A stretch of 21,470 nucleotides of DNA from Verrucomicrobia bacterium UBA3869 (lineage in GTDB: Bacteria; Verrucomicrobiota; Verrucomicrobiia; Opitutales; UBA9783), in contig DGGR01000013.1 of NCBI GenBank assembly GCA_002392285.1, forward strand, positions 1 to 21,470, written 5' to 3'. Each line of letters opens with the position of its first letter. The stretch's first letter is position 1. The notes under the pieces are model-generated. The model worked only from the letters and a program-made list of their open reading frames with translations, made no database searches and was not told where the DNA came from. Shown here in pieces: positions 1 through 8,467 of this stretch. Position numbers and translations under genes: made by a program.

Positions 1-64
1 CTACACGTACCCATACACGTTTGCCTTCAACCGTTAAGTCTCTAATGGATTTGATGCCATTCAT
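1..64 (-). CDS. pgk: Phosphoglycerate kinase, N-terminal 21 codons only (gene continues past window start)
   Basis: Manual minus-strand translation from ATG 64..62 gives MNGIKSIRDLTVEGKRVWVRV with no stop to position 2. This matches the conserved PGK N-terminus pattern (SIRDL..GKRV.VRVDFNVP). It is absent from the ORF track because it is truncated. Confidence 0.6.
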   Translation of the reverse strand, partial: MNGIKSIRDLTVEGKRVWVRV

Positions 65-74
65 ATATAACTTT

Positions 75-83
75 AGTATAGCA
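75..83 (-). promoter_or_regulatory. Putative extended -10 element (TGcTATACT) upstream of pgk
   Basis: The reverse complement of 75..83 reads TGCTATACT. Only 10 nt separate the hexamer from the pgk ATG. The -35 is poor (TTTCAT at 17-nt spacing). Confidence 0.3.
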
Positions 84-133
84 CGTTTGAAAAAACAATG
101 AAAGTTACATTGAGGATAAATCCGGCCCCTCCC

Positions 134-1171
134 CTACTCTGCTGCAAAAAATCGCGCTAAATGCTTTAGCCAATCTTCGCCGTACTTAGGATGGGATAAA
201 GTTCGATCAAACACAGTTACGAGTTCTTTTTGAATCTCCAATAGGGTTTTGAGTGAAAAACGTGTTTTGATACGGCTTAAATACCAAGGGTTTTGTGAAA
301 AAATACAGAATGAGTTTTTGTCATTAATCGGCCCATAGGTTTCTTGATAACGGGCATAGGCTTTATCCAAACTAACTTTGGATACGCTGGGGAGCTTTAA
401 CGCTGCTAATTGGATATGCAGGCGGTTGCGGTTTTGCAGAGCGCTTAATAAGGCACGTGCTTCGTTTTTCAGAATGAAATAATCCCGCAAACTCCGTAGA
501 TAGCGCGTTTCATTTTGCTCATAAAACGCTTCGACGGGTTCAAAGAATTCATCATTGGCCCACGTAGGCGTGCACTGCAAAACATCGTCGTAGGTAATAC
601 TGCCTTGAAATGCTTTAAAACAGGCTAATTTTTCAAATTCATTAGCAATGGCGCGCGGTTGTTTGTTCAGTTTTTGAAACAATAATTCGCGAGCATCAGC
701 TTCAATCCCAACGCTTAATTGCTTGCTGCATTGTTGAATAATTTCCGTTAGGTAAAGCTCGGATTGTTTGTCGTCTAGCTCTTCCCATTCGGATAATCCC
801 TGTAGGGTTTTAAACAGGGTTGTACGTTTATCAACCGGTACTGCTGAAATGACCAACTGAACGCCTTTGGGCAATTTTCGGAGTCCTTCTATCCAACGTT
901 CAGCAATGGCCTTGCCGCCTTCTGTTAATGCAGGGCTATCACTTGCTAACAGATTCGTCGCTCTTAGCCACACACATTTTTGAGATGCGAAAAAATCCAT
1001 GGTTTGCAGCCCCGTTAGCACATGATCGAGGGTTTGCTTTAACTCGTTGATCGTATGGAATGCCCCGTCAAAGGTTTCCAATGCCCATTGGGAATAATCC
1101 TCCAGCAACGCTTTGGTACGCGATTCCACAAAAAACTCATTCGAGCCAAAAACAAGCCGTATCGGTTTCAT
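134..1171 (-). CDS. holA: DNA polymerase III delta subunit (HolA-like)
   Basis: The ORF is 134..1234. I place the start at Met22 ([19 protein letters not shown] 1171..1169), which forms an ATGA overlap with the lpxK stop. The length (~345 aa) and N-terminal pattern fit HolA. The similarity is judged by eye only. Confidence 0.6.
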   Translation of the reverse strand: MKPIRLVFGSNEFFVESRTKALLEDYSQWALETFDGAFHTINELKQTLDHVLTGLQTMDFFASQKCVWLRATNLLASDSPALTEGGKAIAERWIEGLRKLPKGVQLVISAVPVDKRTTLFKTLQGLSEWEELDDKQSELYLTEIIQQCSKQLSVGIEADARELLFQKLNKQPRAIANEFEKLACFKAFQGSITYDDVLQCTPTWANDEFFEPVEAFYEQNETRYLRSLRDYFILKNEARALLSALQNRNRLHIQLAALKLPSVSKVSLDKAYARYQETYGPINDKNSFCIFSQNPWYLSRIKTRFSLKTLLEIQKELVTVFDRTLSHPKYGEDWLKHLARFFAAE

Positions 1172-2352
1172 GCAATATGTTGGGCGGATAAGGTTTCCAT
1201 AATGTGTTGGAATGGAGCGGTTCCTTCGATCCATTCAATTTCCATACGTAAGAAATAAAAGGGCAAGGGCAGGTGTTCGGTATTAGCAATACGAACTGCA
1301 TCTTTTTCAGTGGTTATGACCCATTCAGCCCCCATTCGTTGCGCCTGTTCGAAAAAATCTTGCAATTCTTCGGGTGAATAACAGTGGTGATCCACAAACC
1401 GTTGGGTGTGTACTACCGTGGCTCCTCTATCCTTCAAAAATTGTTCGAATGCGTCAGGCGATGCAATACCGCTGAGAGCTGCAACCCGTCGGTTTTGAAG
1501 TGCACCGAGCGTGAGCTGTTCGTCACCATTTACTTGCCGCAAATATTTAGGGGCGTGAATACAGGGGAGAATGGGTGCGGTTGCATTGTAAGAGCGAATT
1601 AGGCGCTTAAGCGATTGTAGGCGTTCCGTGGAAATTTGGTCGCTTTTGGTAAGAAAAATGAACTGAGCGCGTTTCATCCGATTAACCGGCTCCCGCAAGA
1701 TACCGCGTGGTAATACCCACCCGTTGCCGAATGGATTGGTTACGTCGATTAATAAAATACAGAATGTATTTTTTAGCTGAAAGTACTGAAATCCATCGTC
1801 TAAAACCAAGGTGTCGCACTGCAAATTTTTAATGGCATACCGGCCGGCATTTACTCGGTCTTTATCGACCACAACACATACATTGCTAAGATTGCGCGCA
1901 AGTAACAGTGGCTCATCCCCCGCTTGTTCGTAAGCCATTAAGCACTGCTGTCCGTCAGAAACGACCCTTGGTGGTCGCGCTTCGCCGTGTAACAACCAAT
2001 GCAAGCTGCGAACCCACAGCGATTCTTTTTTGCTTTTATAGCCGCGACTTAAAATAGCAACCTTGCGGCCTTGTCGGTTTAATTCGCGTGATAGTTTTTC
2101 AACAATCGGGGTTTTCCCTGTCCCCCCAACGGTTAAGTTGCCAACAACAATGGTTAAGCACCCTAAAGTTTGGCTGGGTAACCATCGATTTTTGTAAGCT
2201 TTTTCTCGGCAAAAAACGATTCCGTAAAATACAAGCGCTAAGGCTTTAAAAAGAGCGCTTAACGATTTCGAACGATAAGGGACATTGTACAAAACATCCT
2301 TAACGCTATTGACGCAGCCTTGGATGCAACGATCAAAGCACGATACATGCAT
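1168..2352 (-). CDS. lpxK: Tetraacyldisaccharide 4'-kinase (lipid A biosynthesis)
   Basis: 394-aa ORF starting at ATG 2352. It has the diagnostic P-loop [14 protein letters not shown] preceded by a hydrophobic N-terminal helix. Confidence 0.85.
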   Translation of the reverse strand: MHVSCFDRCIQGCVNSVKDVLYNVPYRSKSLSALFKALALVFYGIVFCREKAYKNRWLPSQTLGCLTIVVGNLTVGGTGKTPIVEKLSRELNRQGRKVAILSRGYKSKKESLWVRSLHWLLHGEARPPRVVSDGQQCLMAYEQAGDEPLLLARNLSNVCVVVDKDRVNAGRYAIKNLQCDTLVLDDGFQYFQLKNTFCILLIDVTNPFGNGWVLPRGILREPVNRMKRAQFIFLTKSDQISTERLQSLKRLIRSYNATAPILPCIHAPKYLRQVNGDEQLTLGALQNRRVAALSGIASPDAFEQFLKDRGATVVHTQRFVDHHCYSPEELQDFFEQAQRMGAEWVITTEKDAVRIANTEHLPLPFYFLRMEIEWIEGTAPFQHIMETLSAQHIA

Positions 2353-2364
2353 GGAAGATGCTAA

Positions 2365-2874
2365 TTAGCGCTGTTTTTTTAAAACAACGTCACAGCGCCT
2401 ATCTTGGTAAGCAGCCTGTTGGTCAATATTTGGAGTAGCGCATGTTTTACCCAAGGAAATAGTTTCCATTCGCTCAGTTGGAATGCCGGCTTGAGATAAG
2501 ACATCCGCTACCGCTTGTGCCCGTTGATGCCCTAATTTTTCATTGTACGTCTCTTGGCCATTCCAATCAGTATAGCCGGCCAATAAAATCGGTAATTCCT
2601 TAAAGCGTTCTAATAAAGGGGTAATCTGAGACCGTAAAATTGCTTTATCGCGTTCTGATACAGTTGCACGGTTGTACTCGAAATATACACGCATCACAAC
2701 GTCCTTTTGATCGTAAAGCCCATACCAAGGTTCGTTGCTATGATCTGCTTCGAGCTTTGCTAATTCTTGATTGTTCTGTTCCCCAACTAATACCGTGTCT
2801 TCTAGGTTTGGTTCGGCATTATGTGAAAAACAGCCACTGAGCATTAAAAAAATTAAACAAAAAAAACGTTTCAT
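2365..2874 (-). CDS. pal: Peptidoglycan-associated lipoprotein / OmpA-C-like domain lipoprotein
   Basis: The signal peptide carries a lipobox (MKRFFCLIFLMLSGC). The C-terminal OmpA-like domain reads LAGYTDWNGQETYNEKLGHQRAQAVADVL...DRRCDVVL. Confidence 0.8.
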   Translation of the reverse strand: MKRFFCLIFLMLSGCFSHNAEPNLEDTVLVGEQNNQELAKLEADHSNEPWYGLYDQKDVVMRVYFEYNRATVSERDKAILRSQITPLLERFKELPILLAGYTDWNGQETYNEKLGHQRAQAVADVLSQAGIPTERMETISLGKTCATPNIDQQAAYQDRRCDVVLKKQR

Positions 2875-2890
2875 ACCATTGTTCGTAATT

Positions 2891-2918
2891 ATTTTAAGGT
2901 AAATTCAATGATTTTCAA
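2891..2918 (-). promoter_or_regulatory. Putative sigma70-type promoter for pal (TTGAAA-N16-TAAAAT)
   Basis: The minus strand reads ttgaaa(2918..2913)-16 nt-taaaat(2896..2891), 16 nt upstream of the pal ATG. Confidence 0.35.
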
Positions 2919-2925
2919 TGATTTT
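2904..2925. repeat. Tandem direct repeat, 10-bp period (TTCAATGATT x2.2)
   Basis: 2904..2915 is identical to 2914..2925 (ttcaatgatttt). The repeat spans the pyrG stop codon (2924..2926) and the -35 of the putative pal promoter. Confidence 0.7.
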
Positions 2926-4534
2926 AATGCTTATTGTTGATAGCGGCTTTAATGAAATGCGCAAACAATGGATGGGCTTGGTAAGGCTTGGATTTAAATT
3001 CTGGATGGAATTGAACCCCAACGAACCAAGGGTGATCCGGCAGCTCAATAGCTTCTACGCACTTCGATTGAGCATTGTAACCAACAAAGTGCATGCCTTT
3101 GGCTTCAAAATCCGGCCGATAGCACTCGTTAAATTCATAACGGTGTCGGTGGCGTTCGGAAATGTTACTCTGTTTGTAAGCCTCATATACGCGACTATTG
3201 GGCATTATTTCGCATTTTTGAGCTCCTAAACGCATGGTTGCGCCTTTGGATACCACCTGCTTTTGTTGTTCAAGCATACAAATGACAGGATAAGAGCTTT
3301 TTGCGTTCATTTCCGTACTATTGGCATCAGCGTGATCTAAAACATTGCGTGCAAACTCTACAAGGGCTAGTTGCATCCCTAAACAAATACCGAGAAAAGG
3401 AATTTTGTTTTCGCGCGCATAACGAATAGCGGATATTTTGCCATCAATGCCCCGCGAACCAAAGCCTCCTGGGACCAAAATACCATCTAGGTCCTTTAAA
3501 GGTGTACAGGCATTATCGCTTTCCAACTGCTCCGAATCAATCATCTTAATTTCGGTTTGGCAGAAGTGTTCAATTCCTCCATGTCTTAGGGCTTCAATCA
3601 CTGATTTATATGCATCCTGAATTTCCGTGTATTTCCCAATGATTCCTATGGTAACTTTGTGCATGGGATGCTTAATGCGCTCCATTACGTTTTCCCAAAG
3701 CGTAAGCGGTTTGCGCGCATAGGATAGGTTAAAATGATTGAAGATCAGCGTATCGAGTTGGGATTTATGCAACGCAGTAGGAACTTCGTAAATTGAAGTG
3801 GTTACATCCCTCTCTTCCAGAACCGCGTTTTTTTCTATATTGCAAAATAAACTGATTTTGTCGCGGATTCCCTTTTCCAATGGGACCTCGGTGCGGCAAA
3901 TTAAAATATTCGGTTGAATACCAATTTCGCGCAATTTGGCTACGCTTTGCTGAACCGGTTTGGATTTAAGCTCCTGAGCTGCCTTTAGGAAAGGCAATAA
4001 GGCTAAATGGATGAATAAAACATTGCGATAGCCTCGTTCGTAAGCGATTTGCCTTAAGGCTTCTAAATAAGGCATTCCTTCGATATCTCCCACTACCCCA
4101 CCGATTTCGGTAATAAGAATATCAACTCCTTGAGCAGCAACAAAAATGCGCCGTTTAATTTCATCGGTTACATGTGGGATAATTTGGACGGTTTGCCCTA
4201 AATAATCGCCGTTACGTTCTTTGCGCAAAATCGTTTCGTAAATTTTACCGGAAGTGCAGCTGTTTCCATAACGCAATTGTGCTTGGGTAAAACGTTCATA
4301 ATGGCCGAAATCCAAATCGGTTTCGGAACCGTCCTCTAATACGTAAACTTCTCCATGTTGGCAAGGATTCATGGTACCTGGGTCTATGTTGAGATAGGGA
4401 TCAATCTTAAGCATACCAATTTTTATCCCATAACCCTCTAAAAGCGCACCAATAGATGCGGTTGTTAGACCTTTCCCCAAGGAGGATACAACGCCGCCAG
4501 TAACAAAAATTAACTTTGTATCTTTAGGTTCCAT
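2924..4534 (-). CDS. pyrG: CTP synthase
   Basis: 536 aa. The N-terminus reads KLIFVTGGVVSSLGKG. The glutaminase domain has GICLGMQ (Cys nucleophile) and HRHRYEFN. Confidence 0.95.
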   Translation of the reverse strand: MEPKDTKLIFVTGGVVSSLGKGLTTASIGALLEGYGIKIGMLKIDPYLNIDPGTMNPCQHGEVYVLEDGSETDLDFGHYERFTQAQLRYGNSCTSGKIYETILRKERNGDYLGQTVQIIPHVTDEIKRRIFVAAQGVDILITEIGGVVGDIEGMPYLEALRQIAYERGYRNVLFIHLALLPFLKAAQELKSKPVQQSVAKLREIGIQPNILICRTEVPLEKGIRDKISLFCNIEKNAVLEERDVTTSIYEVPTALHKSQLDTLIFNHFNLSYARKPLTLWENVMERIKHPMHKVTIGIIGKYTEIQDAYKSVIEALRHGGIEHFCQTEIKMIDSEQLESDNACTPLKDLDGILVPGGFGSRGIDGKISAIRYARENKIPFLGICLGMQLALVEFARNVLDHADANSTEMNAKSSYPVICMLEQQKQVVSKGATMRLGAQKCEIMPNSRVYEAYKQSNISERHRHRYEFNECYRPDFEAKGMHFVGYNAQSKCVEAIELPDHPWFVGVQFHPEFKSKPYQAHPLFAHFIKAAINNKH

Positions 4535-4593
4535 AAATTATTCCTAAAGTACCTGTTTTTTGTATAAAAAACAATCTATAAGAAGGATATTTT

Positions 4594-5073
4594 TTATTTA
4601 GGAGAATAGAACAAGATGGTTGTACCTTCGACCTTATCAGCGGTTGTAAACTTTGCTTTTAGCTCCTGAAGTGCTTCTGCGCGCGTTTTCTTCTCTTGGA
4701 TGAAAAACCATAAGGGTTTAATGCTTTTCTCGCGATATTCTTCAGGTGTGAAGCTGCAAAACGCTACGCCTTCTGGATTAATACTAGTGGCTTTTTTGCC
4801 TGAAAAATCATTAATAAAACGGTCAAACTCTTGATCCAAATTGAACCAAGTATCCTTGGGAAGCGTTGGTGGGTAATGATGATAATGGATAGCGAAATCG
4901 TAAATGGCTGTTTGAAAGCGCAAAACATCTACCTGTTGGGAAACCTGAGTCGAGCGATTCCTTATATGCTGACCTAGAGGAAAGGCCATTGAGGTTAAAA
5001 TACCTATAATGGCTAAAACAATGATAATTTCTACTAGTGTGAATCCTTTTGTTTTTGTATGGGCAGAGTTCAT
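4594..5073 (-). CDS. Prepilin-type N-terminal cleavage/methylation domain protein (pseudopilin-like)
   Basis: The class III signal MNSAHTKTKG/FTLVEIIIVLAIIGILTSMAF has the G-F-T-L-V-E cleavage/methylation motif. I prefer the Met11 start (ATG 5073). The ORF-track start at 5103 (also ATG) would overlap trpS by 19 nt and give a 20-aa leader. Confidence 0.7.
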   Translation of the reverse strand: MNSAHTKTKGFTLVEIIIVLAIIGILTSMAFPLGQHIRNRSTQVSQQVDVLRFQTAIYDFAIHYHHYPPTLPKDTWFNLDQEFDRFINDFSGKKATSINPEGVAFCSFTPEEYREKSIKPLWFFIQEKKTRAEALQELKAKFTTADKVEGTTILFYSPK

Positions 5074-5084
5074 AAAGGGGTTAT

Positions 5085-6095
5085 TCAGGACGAATGATAA
5101 CATATCCCGACTGCACGTTTTACCTTATCCAGGGTATTTTGGGCGATTGGTTTTATGGCTTGAGCTCCAGCTATAGCGATATCCAAAGCCTCTTCATCGC
5201 TAATCGTTTTGCGCCGTTCCCGTATGGGCGTTAATAAGTTTTGTAAAACATCGCATAGCTGTTGCTTTAGGTACATATCCCCTAGCCCACCTTTTTGGTA
5301 ATGCTCTTTCCATTCTGCCACCTGAGCCTTGTCCGGATGGAAAGCATCTAGGTACGCGAAAACCACATTACCTTCAATACTTCCTGGGTCATTTACACGT
5401 ATGTGGTTGGGGTCGGTATACATAGAGAAAATCTTATCGTGTACCGTTTCTGGGGAATCTCCTAAGAAAATAGCATTGCCTAAGGACTTCGACGCTTTAG
5501 CGTTCCCGTCGATGCCAATTAAACGTGGGGTGTTGCTTAATAACAGCTCGACCTCGTTTAAACAATCGGTGTTGTAGGTATAATTGAACCGCCTAACCAA
5601 TTCGTTGGTTTGTTCAATCATCGGGGCTTGGTCTTCGCCAGCCGGAACATGGGTCGCGTTAAACAAAGTAATATCAGCGGCCTGACTAACAGGATAGCAT
5701 AAAAAACCTGCAGGGATTGAATCATCGAACTGCCGCAGTTGTATTTCAGCTTTAATGGTTGGGTTGCGTTCCAAACGCGCTGTGGTGACCAAATTCATAA
5801 ACAGAGCTGTTAATTCCGTTAACTCAGGAATTTGAGATTGAATGAAGATAGTGCTTTTTTCAGGGTCAATGCCGACAGCCAAATAATCCTTAACAACCTC
5901 GGTTACATTTTGAACCACTTTTGCTGGTTCTTTAAAGTAGTCAGTTAAGGCCTGCATATCAGCTATCATGATATACTGCTTGCATTGGTTTTGCAATTCG
6001 ACCCGCTTTTGCAAAGAACCAACAAAATGCCCTAAATGTAGGGGACCGGTTGGACGATCCCCCGTTAAAATAATTGAATCTTTATTGATACCCAT
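5085..6095 (-). CDS. trpS: Tryptophan--tRNA ligase
   Basis: It has the HIGH motif (GDRPTGPLHLGH) and the KMSKS variant (KASKS). The ORF-track start at 6134 is a TTG. I prefer ATG 6095 (MGINKDSIILTGDRPTG). Confidence 0.9.
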   Translation of the reverse strand: MGINKDSIILTGDRPTGPLHLGHFVGSLQKRVELQNQCKQYIMIADMQALTDYFKEPAKVVQNVTEVVKDYLAVGIDPEKSTIFIQSQIPELTELTALFMNLVTTARLERNPTIKAEIQLRQFDDSIPAGFLCYPVSQAADITLFNATHVPAGEDQAPMIEQTNELVRRFNYTYNTDCLNEVELLLSNTPRLIGIDGNAKASKSLGNAIFLGDSPETVHDKIFSMYTDPNHIRVNDPGSIEGNVVFAYLDAFHPDKAQVAEWKEHYQKGGLGDMYLKQQLCDVLQNLLTPIRERRKTISDEEALDIAIAGAQAIKPIAQNTLDKVKRAVGICYHSS

Positions 6096-6585
6096 TGGGG
6101 TTATTCGATTCTTCCTTTGTGCATCCCTGTTCAATTTTATCTAAAATGACAGAAATACGCAACGGCTTGCTTTCACCTAGCGTACTAATAATAGCGCTTT
6201 TAACGCAAGCTTGAAAAACAGAAGATGCTTGTTCAAAAGATTGTCCAGATGCTAATACAACGGTTAAACGAACTTTAATATAGCGTCTTGTATCCTTCAA
6301 CAGAATCCGTTTTGCGGTACCAAAACTCGTTTGGGCAATATTATTTCGGATGAGTTTTAAAATGGCCGTACGATTAACGAAAAAATCAGCCCCTTCTTTG
6401 GAGTATACATGAATGGGTGCGTGTGCCTTTTGGTATTTGCGGACCCAATGCACCAACAAAACGATGAGGATGATAATTCCTAGTTCCAGCCGATAGCGCC
6501 AGCAATACGGTGCTAAAAAGTGTGCGGTATCCCAAGTATAACGCATAACTGTTTTTAAAACTTCTTGTAATTCAATCGATGCCAT
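6082..6585 (-). CDS. Single-pass membrane protein with Asp23/AmaP-like (alkaline-shock family) C-terminal domain, tentative
   Basis: 167 aa starting at ATG 6585. There is one TM helix (LELGIIILIVLLVHWV). The soluble part (FFVNRTAILKLIRNNI...IKVRLTVVLASGQSFEQASSVFQACVKSAIISTLGESKPLRISVILDKI) follows the Asp23-family alternating pattern by eye. It sits 29 nt downstream of accC. Confidence 0.45.
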   Translation of the reverse strand: MASIELQEVLKTVMRYTWDTAHFLAPYCWRYRLELGIIILIVLLVHWVRKYQKAHAPIHVYSKEGADFFVNRTAILKLIRNNIAQTSFGTAKRILLKDTRRYIKVRLTVVLASGQSFEQASSVFQACVKSAIISTLGESKPLRISVILDKIEQGCTKEESNNPNGYQ

Positions 6586-6614
6586 AGGTTAAACGGTTTT
6601 GCGTTGGTTATAAT

Positions 6615-8006
6615 TTACGACTTATTTTTATTGGACTTATCGTTTTTGTCTGGTTGAGGCGCATTCGCTTTTTTCAAAAAAGCTTCGATAAAATGCGTAT
6701 GGATGCGGCCTGATTGAAAATCGGGATCTGAAATGAGTTTTTTGCACAGCGGAATTGAGGTTTTTATTCCCCCAATGATGTACTCATCCAGGGCGCGTTG
6801 CATGCGTTTAATAGCTTCTTCGCGGTTAGCCCCAATCGCAATCAACTTACCGATCATACTATCGTAGTACATCGGAATTGTATATCCCTGATAAACATGA
6901 GAATCTATGCGAATACCATGCCCACCCGGTTCATGATAAAAGGTGATGGTTCCGGGGCAAGGTGCAAAATTACGGTCTGGATCTTCTGCATTAATACGGC
7001 ATTCAATCGCATGATTTATGCACTTAATATCTTTTTGCTGTAACGTTAAATGTTCTTTGTTAGCGATGCGCAACTGCCATTGAACCAAATCAATCCCCAT
7101 AGCTTCTTCGGTTACCGTATGCTCCACCTGAATACGGGTGTTCATTTCGATAAAGTAGAAATTCCCATGCTTATCGACCAAGAATTCAACGGTTCCTGCT
7201 CCTTCATATTGGCATTTTTTGACCAACTTAATGGCTGCTTTACCCATGCGTTCCCGTAGGTTTTTATCGAGAAAGATTGATGGCGCTTCTTCAATTAACT
7301 TCTGATGGTTGCGTTGGAGAGAACAATCGCGCTCGCCAACGTGAATTGCATGCCCATAAGAATCCGCTAACACTTGAATTTCTATATGCCGCGGTTCTTC
7401 AATGTATTTTTCTATGTAAACAGTAGGATTACTGAATGCTTTTTCGGCTTCCATTTGAGCCGCACGCAATTCTTTAATAAACGTAATGTTGTTGTTTGCA
7501 ACGCGTATTCCTTTGCCGCCGCCACCACCTGCCGCCTTAATAATCACCGGATAACCAATTTTGTTGGCAACCTTTAAGCCTTTGCGTTCATCCGTAATGG
7601 CATCGCTGCCAGGGATAATCGGAACGCCAGCCTTTCGAGCCATTTGACGAGCTATGACTTTATCTCCCATGCATTGGATGGTTTTGGCGCTTGGTCCAAT
7701 AAATTTAATCCCATTTGCAGTACATTGTTCCGCAAAAGTAGCGTTTTCAGATAAAAATCCATATCCTGGGTAAACCGCATCTGCATTGCAAACGGCAGCC
7801 GCACTCAAAATACGATCGGGCTTTAAATAGCTTAAGGACGCAGGAGCGCTCCCAATACAAATTGCTTCATCGGCTAATTGTATGGGTAAGGATTGAAGAT
7901 CGGCTTCGGAGTAAACCGCTAAGGATTTAATGCCTAATTCTTTACAAGCGCGTATCGCCCGTAATGCGATTTCTCCGCGATTCGCGATAAGGACTTTAGT
8001 GATCAT
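6615..8006 (-). CDS. accC: Acetyl-CoA carboxylase, biotin carboxylase subunit
   Basis: 463 aa with ATP-grasp motifs ([23 protein letters not shown]). It has an ATGA overlap with accB. There is a Lys/Asn-rich C-terminal tail. Confidence 0.95.
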   Translation of the reverse strand: MITKVLIANRGEIALRAIRACKELGIKSLAVYSEADLQSLPIQLADEAICIGSAPASLSYLKPDRILSAAAVCNADAVYPGYGFLSENATFAEQCTANGIKFIGPSAKTIQCMGDKVIARQMARKAGVPIIPGSDAITDERKGLKVANKIGYPVIIKAAGGGGGKGIRVANNNITFIKELRAAQMEAEKAFSNPTVYIEKYIEEPRHIEIQVLADSYGHAIHVGERDCSLQRNHQKLIEEAPSIFLDKNLRERMGKAAIKLVKKCQYEGAGTVEFLVDKHGNFYFIEMNTRIQVEHTVTEEAMGIDLVQWQLRIANKEHLTLQQKDIKCINHAIECRINAEDPDRNFAPCPGTITFYHEPGGHGIRIDSHVYQGYTIPMYYDSMIGKLIAIGANREEAIKRMQRALDEYIIGGIKTSIPLCKKLISDPDFQSGRIHTHFIEAFLKKANAPQPDKNDKSNKNKS

Positions 8007-8464
8007 GCCTTTAATTGTACCTTGAATAATGGCTGACCGTATTCAATGGCTGACCCGTTTTTGGCCAAAACTTCTATGATTTTCCCAGAACACTCCGCGC
8101 AAATTTCATTCATGACCTTCATGGCTTCTAGAACGCATACTACCGTATCATTATTGACGGTAGAACCTACTTCAACGTAAGGTTTGGCATCAGGGTTTGG
8201 AGAGGCATAGAATGTACCAACCATGGGCGATTTGATGATAAAGGTATTGGCAGGTTCAGCAGATGGAGCTGCAGGAATGTTTGCAGCTGCTGGTACATTA
8301 GGAGCTTGAACAGGAATGGTAGGAATTGATGGGGTGGCAGAAGTAGCTGTTACACAAGTACCCCGCTTGAGGCTAATTTTAGCGCTTTTATCTTCTATGG
8401 ATAGTTCGCTTAAATCGGCTTCCACCATCAAACGAATAATTTTCTTTAGATGATCTGGCTCCAT
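8003..8464 (-). CDS. accB: Acetyl-CoA carboxylase, biotin carboxyl carrier protein
   Basis: 153 aa with a Pro/Ala-rich linker and the biotinylation motif EAMKVMNEI. Confidence 0.9.
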   Translation of the reverse strand: MEPDHLKKIIRLMVEADLSELSIEDKSAKISLKRGTCVTATSATPSIPTIPVQAPNVPAAANIPAAPSAEPANTFIIKSPMVGTFYASPNPDAKPYVEVGSTVNNDTVVCVLEAMKVMNEICAECSGKIIEVLAKNGSAIEYGQPLFKVQLKA

Positions 8465-8467
8465 AAT

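Noticed and set aside
121-133. GC-rich patch CCGGCCCCTCCCC just after the holA stop as a terminator or regulatory element
   Set aside because: There is no complementary arm to form a hairpin and no repeat elsewhere in the window. It is unexplained but too short to interpret.
134-1234. Longer N-terminal extensions given by the ORF track for holA (1234), trpS (6134, TTG) and murD (19944)
   Set aside because: The extensions overlap the upstream genes by 50-65 nt and add non-conserved residues before canonical N-termini. The internal ATGs give ATGA or few-nt junctions, so shorter models are preferred.
4545-4562. Inverted repeat GTTTTTT-gtat-AAAAAAC between the prepilin gene and pyrG as a terminator
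   Set aside because: The stem is almost pure A:U (one G:C pair). That is far too weak for a Rho-independent terminator. It is probably just AT-rich spacer.
1055-7577. Short ORF-track entries 1055..1258(+), 1384..1602(+), 2640..2840(+), 2918..3229(+), 3438..3620(+), 5329..5577(+), 6798..7043(+), 7050..7259(+), 7374..7577(+)
   Set aside because: All lie entirely antisense within confidently identified, motif-bearing genes (holA/lpxK, pal, pyrG, trpS, accC). Their low-complexity or Cys/Arg-rich translations show no recognisable features. They are shadow ORFs.
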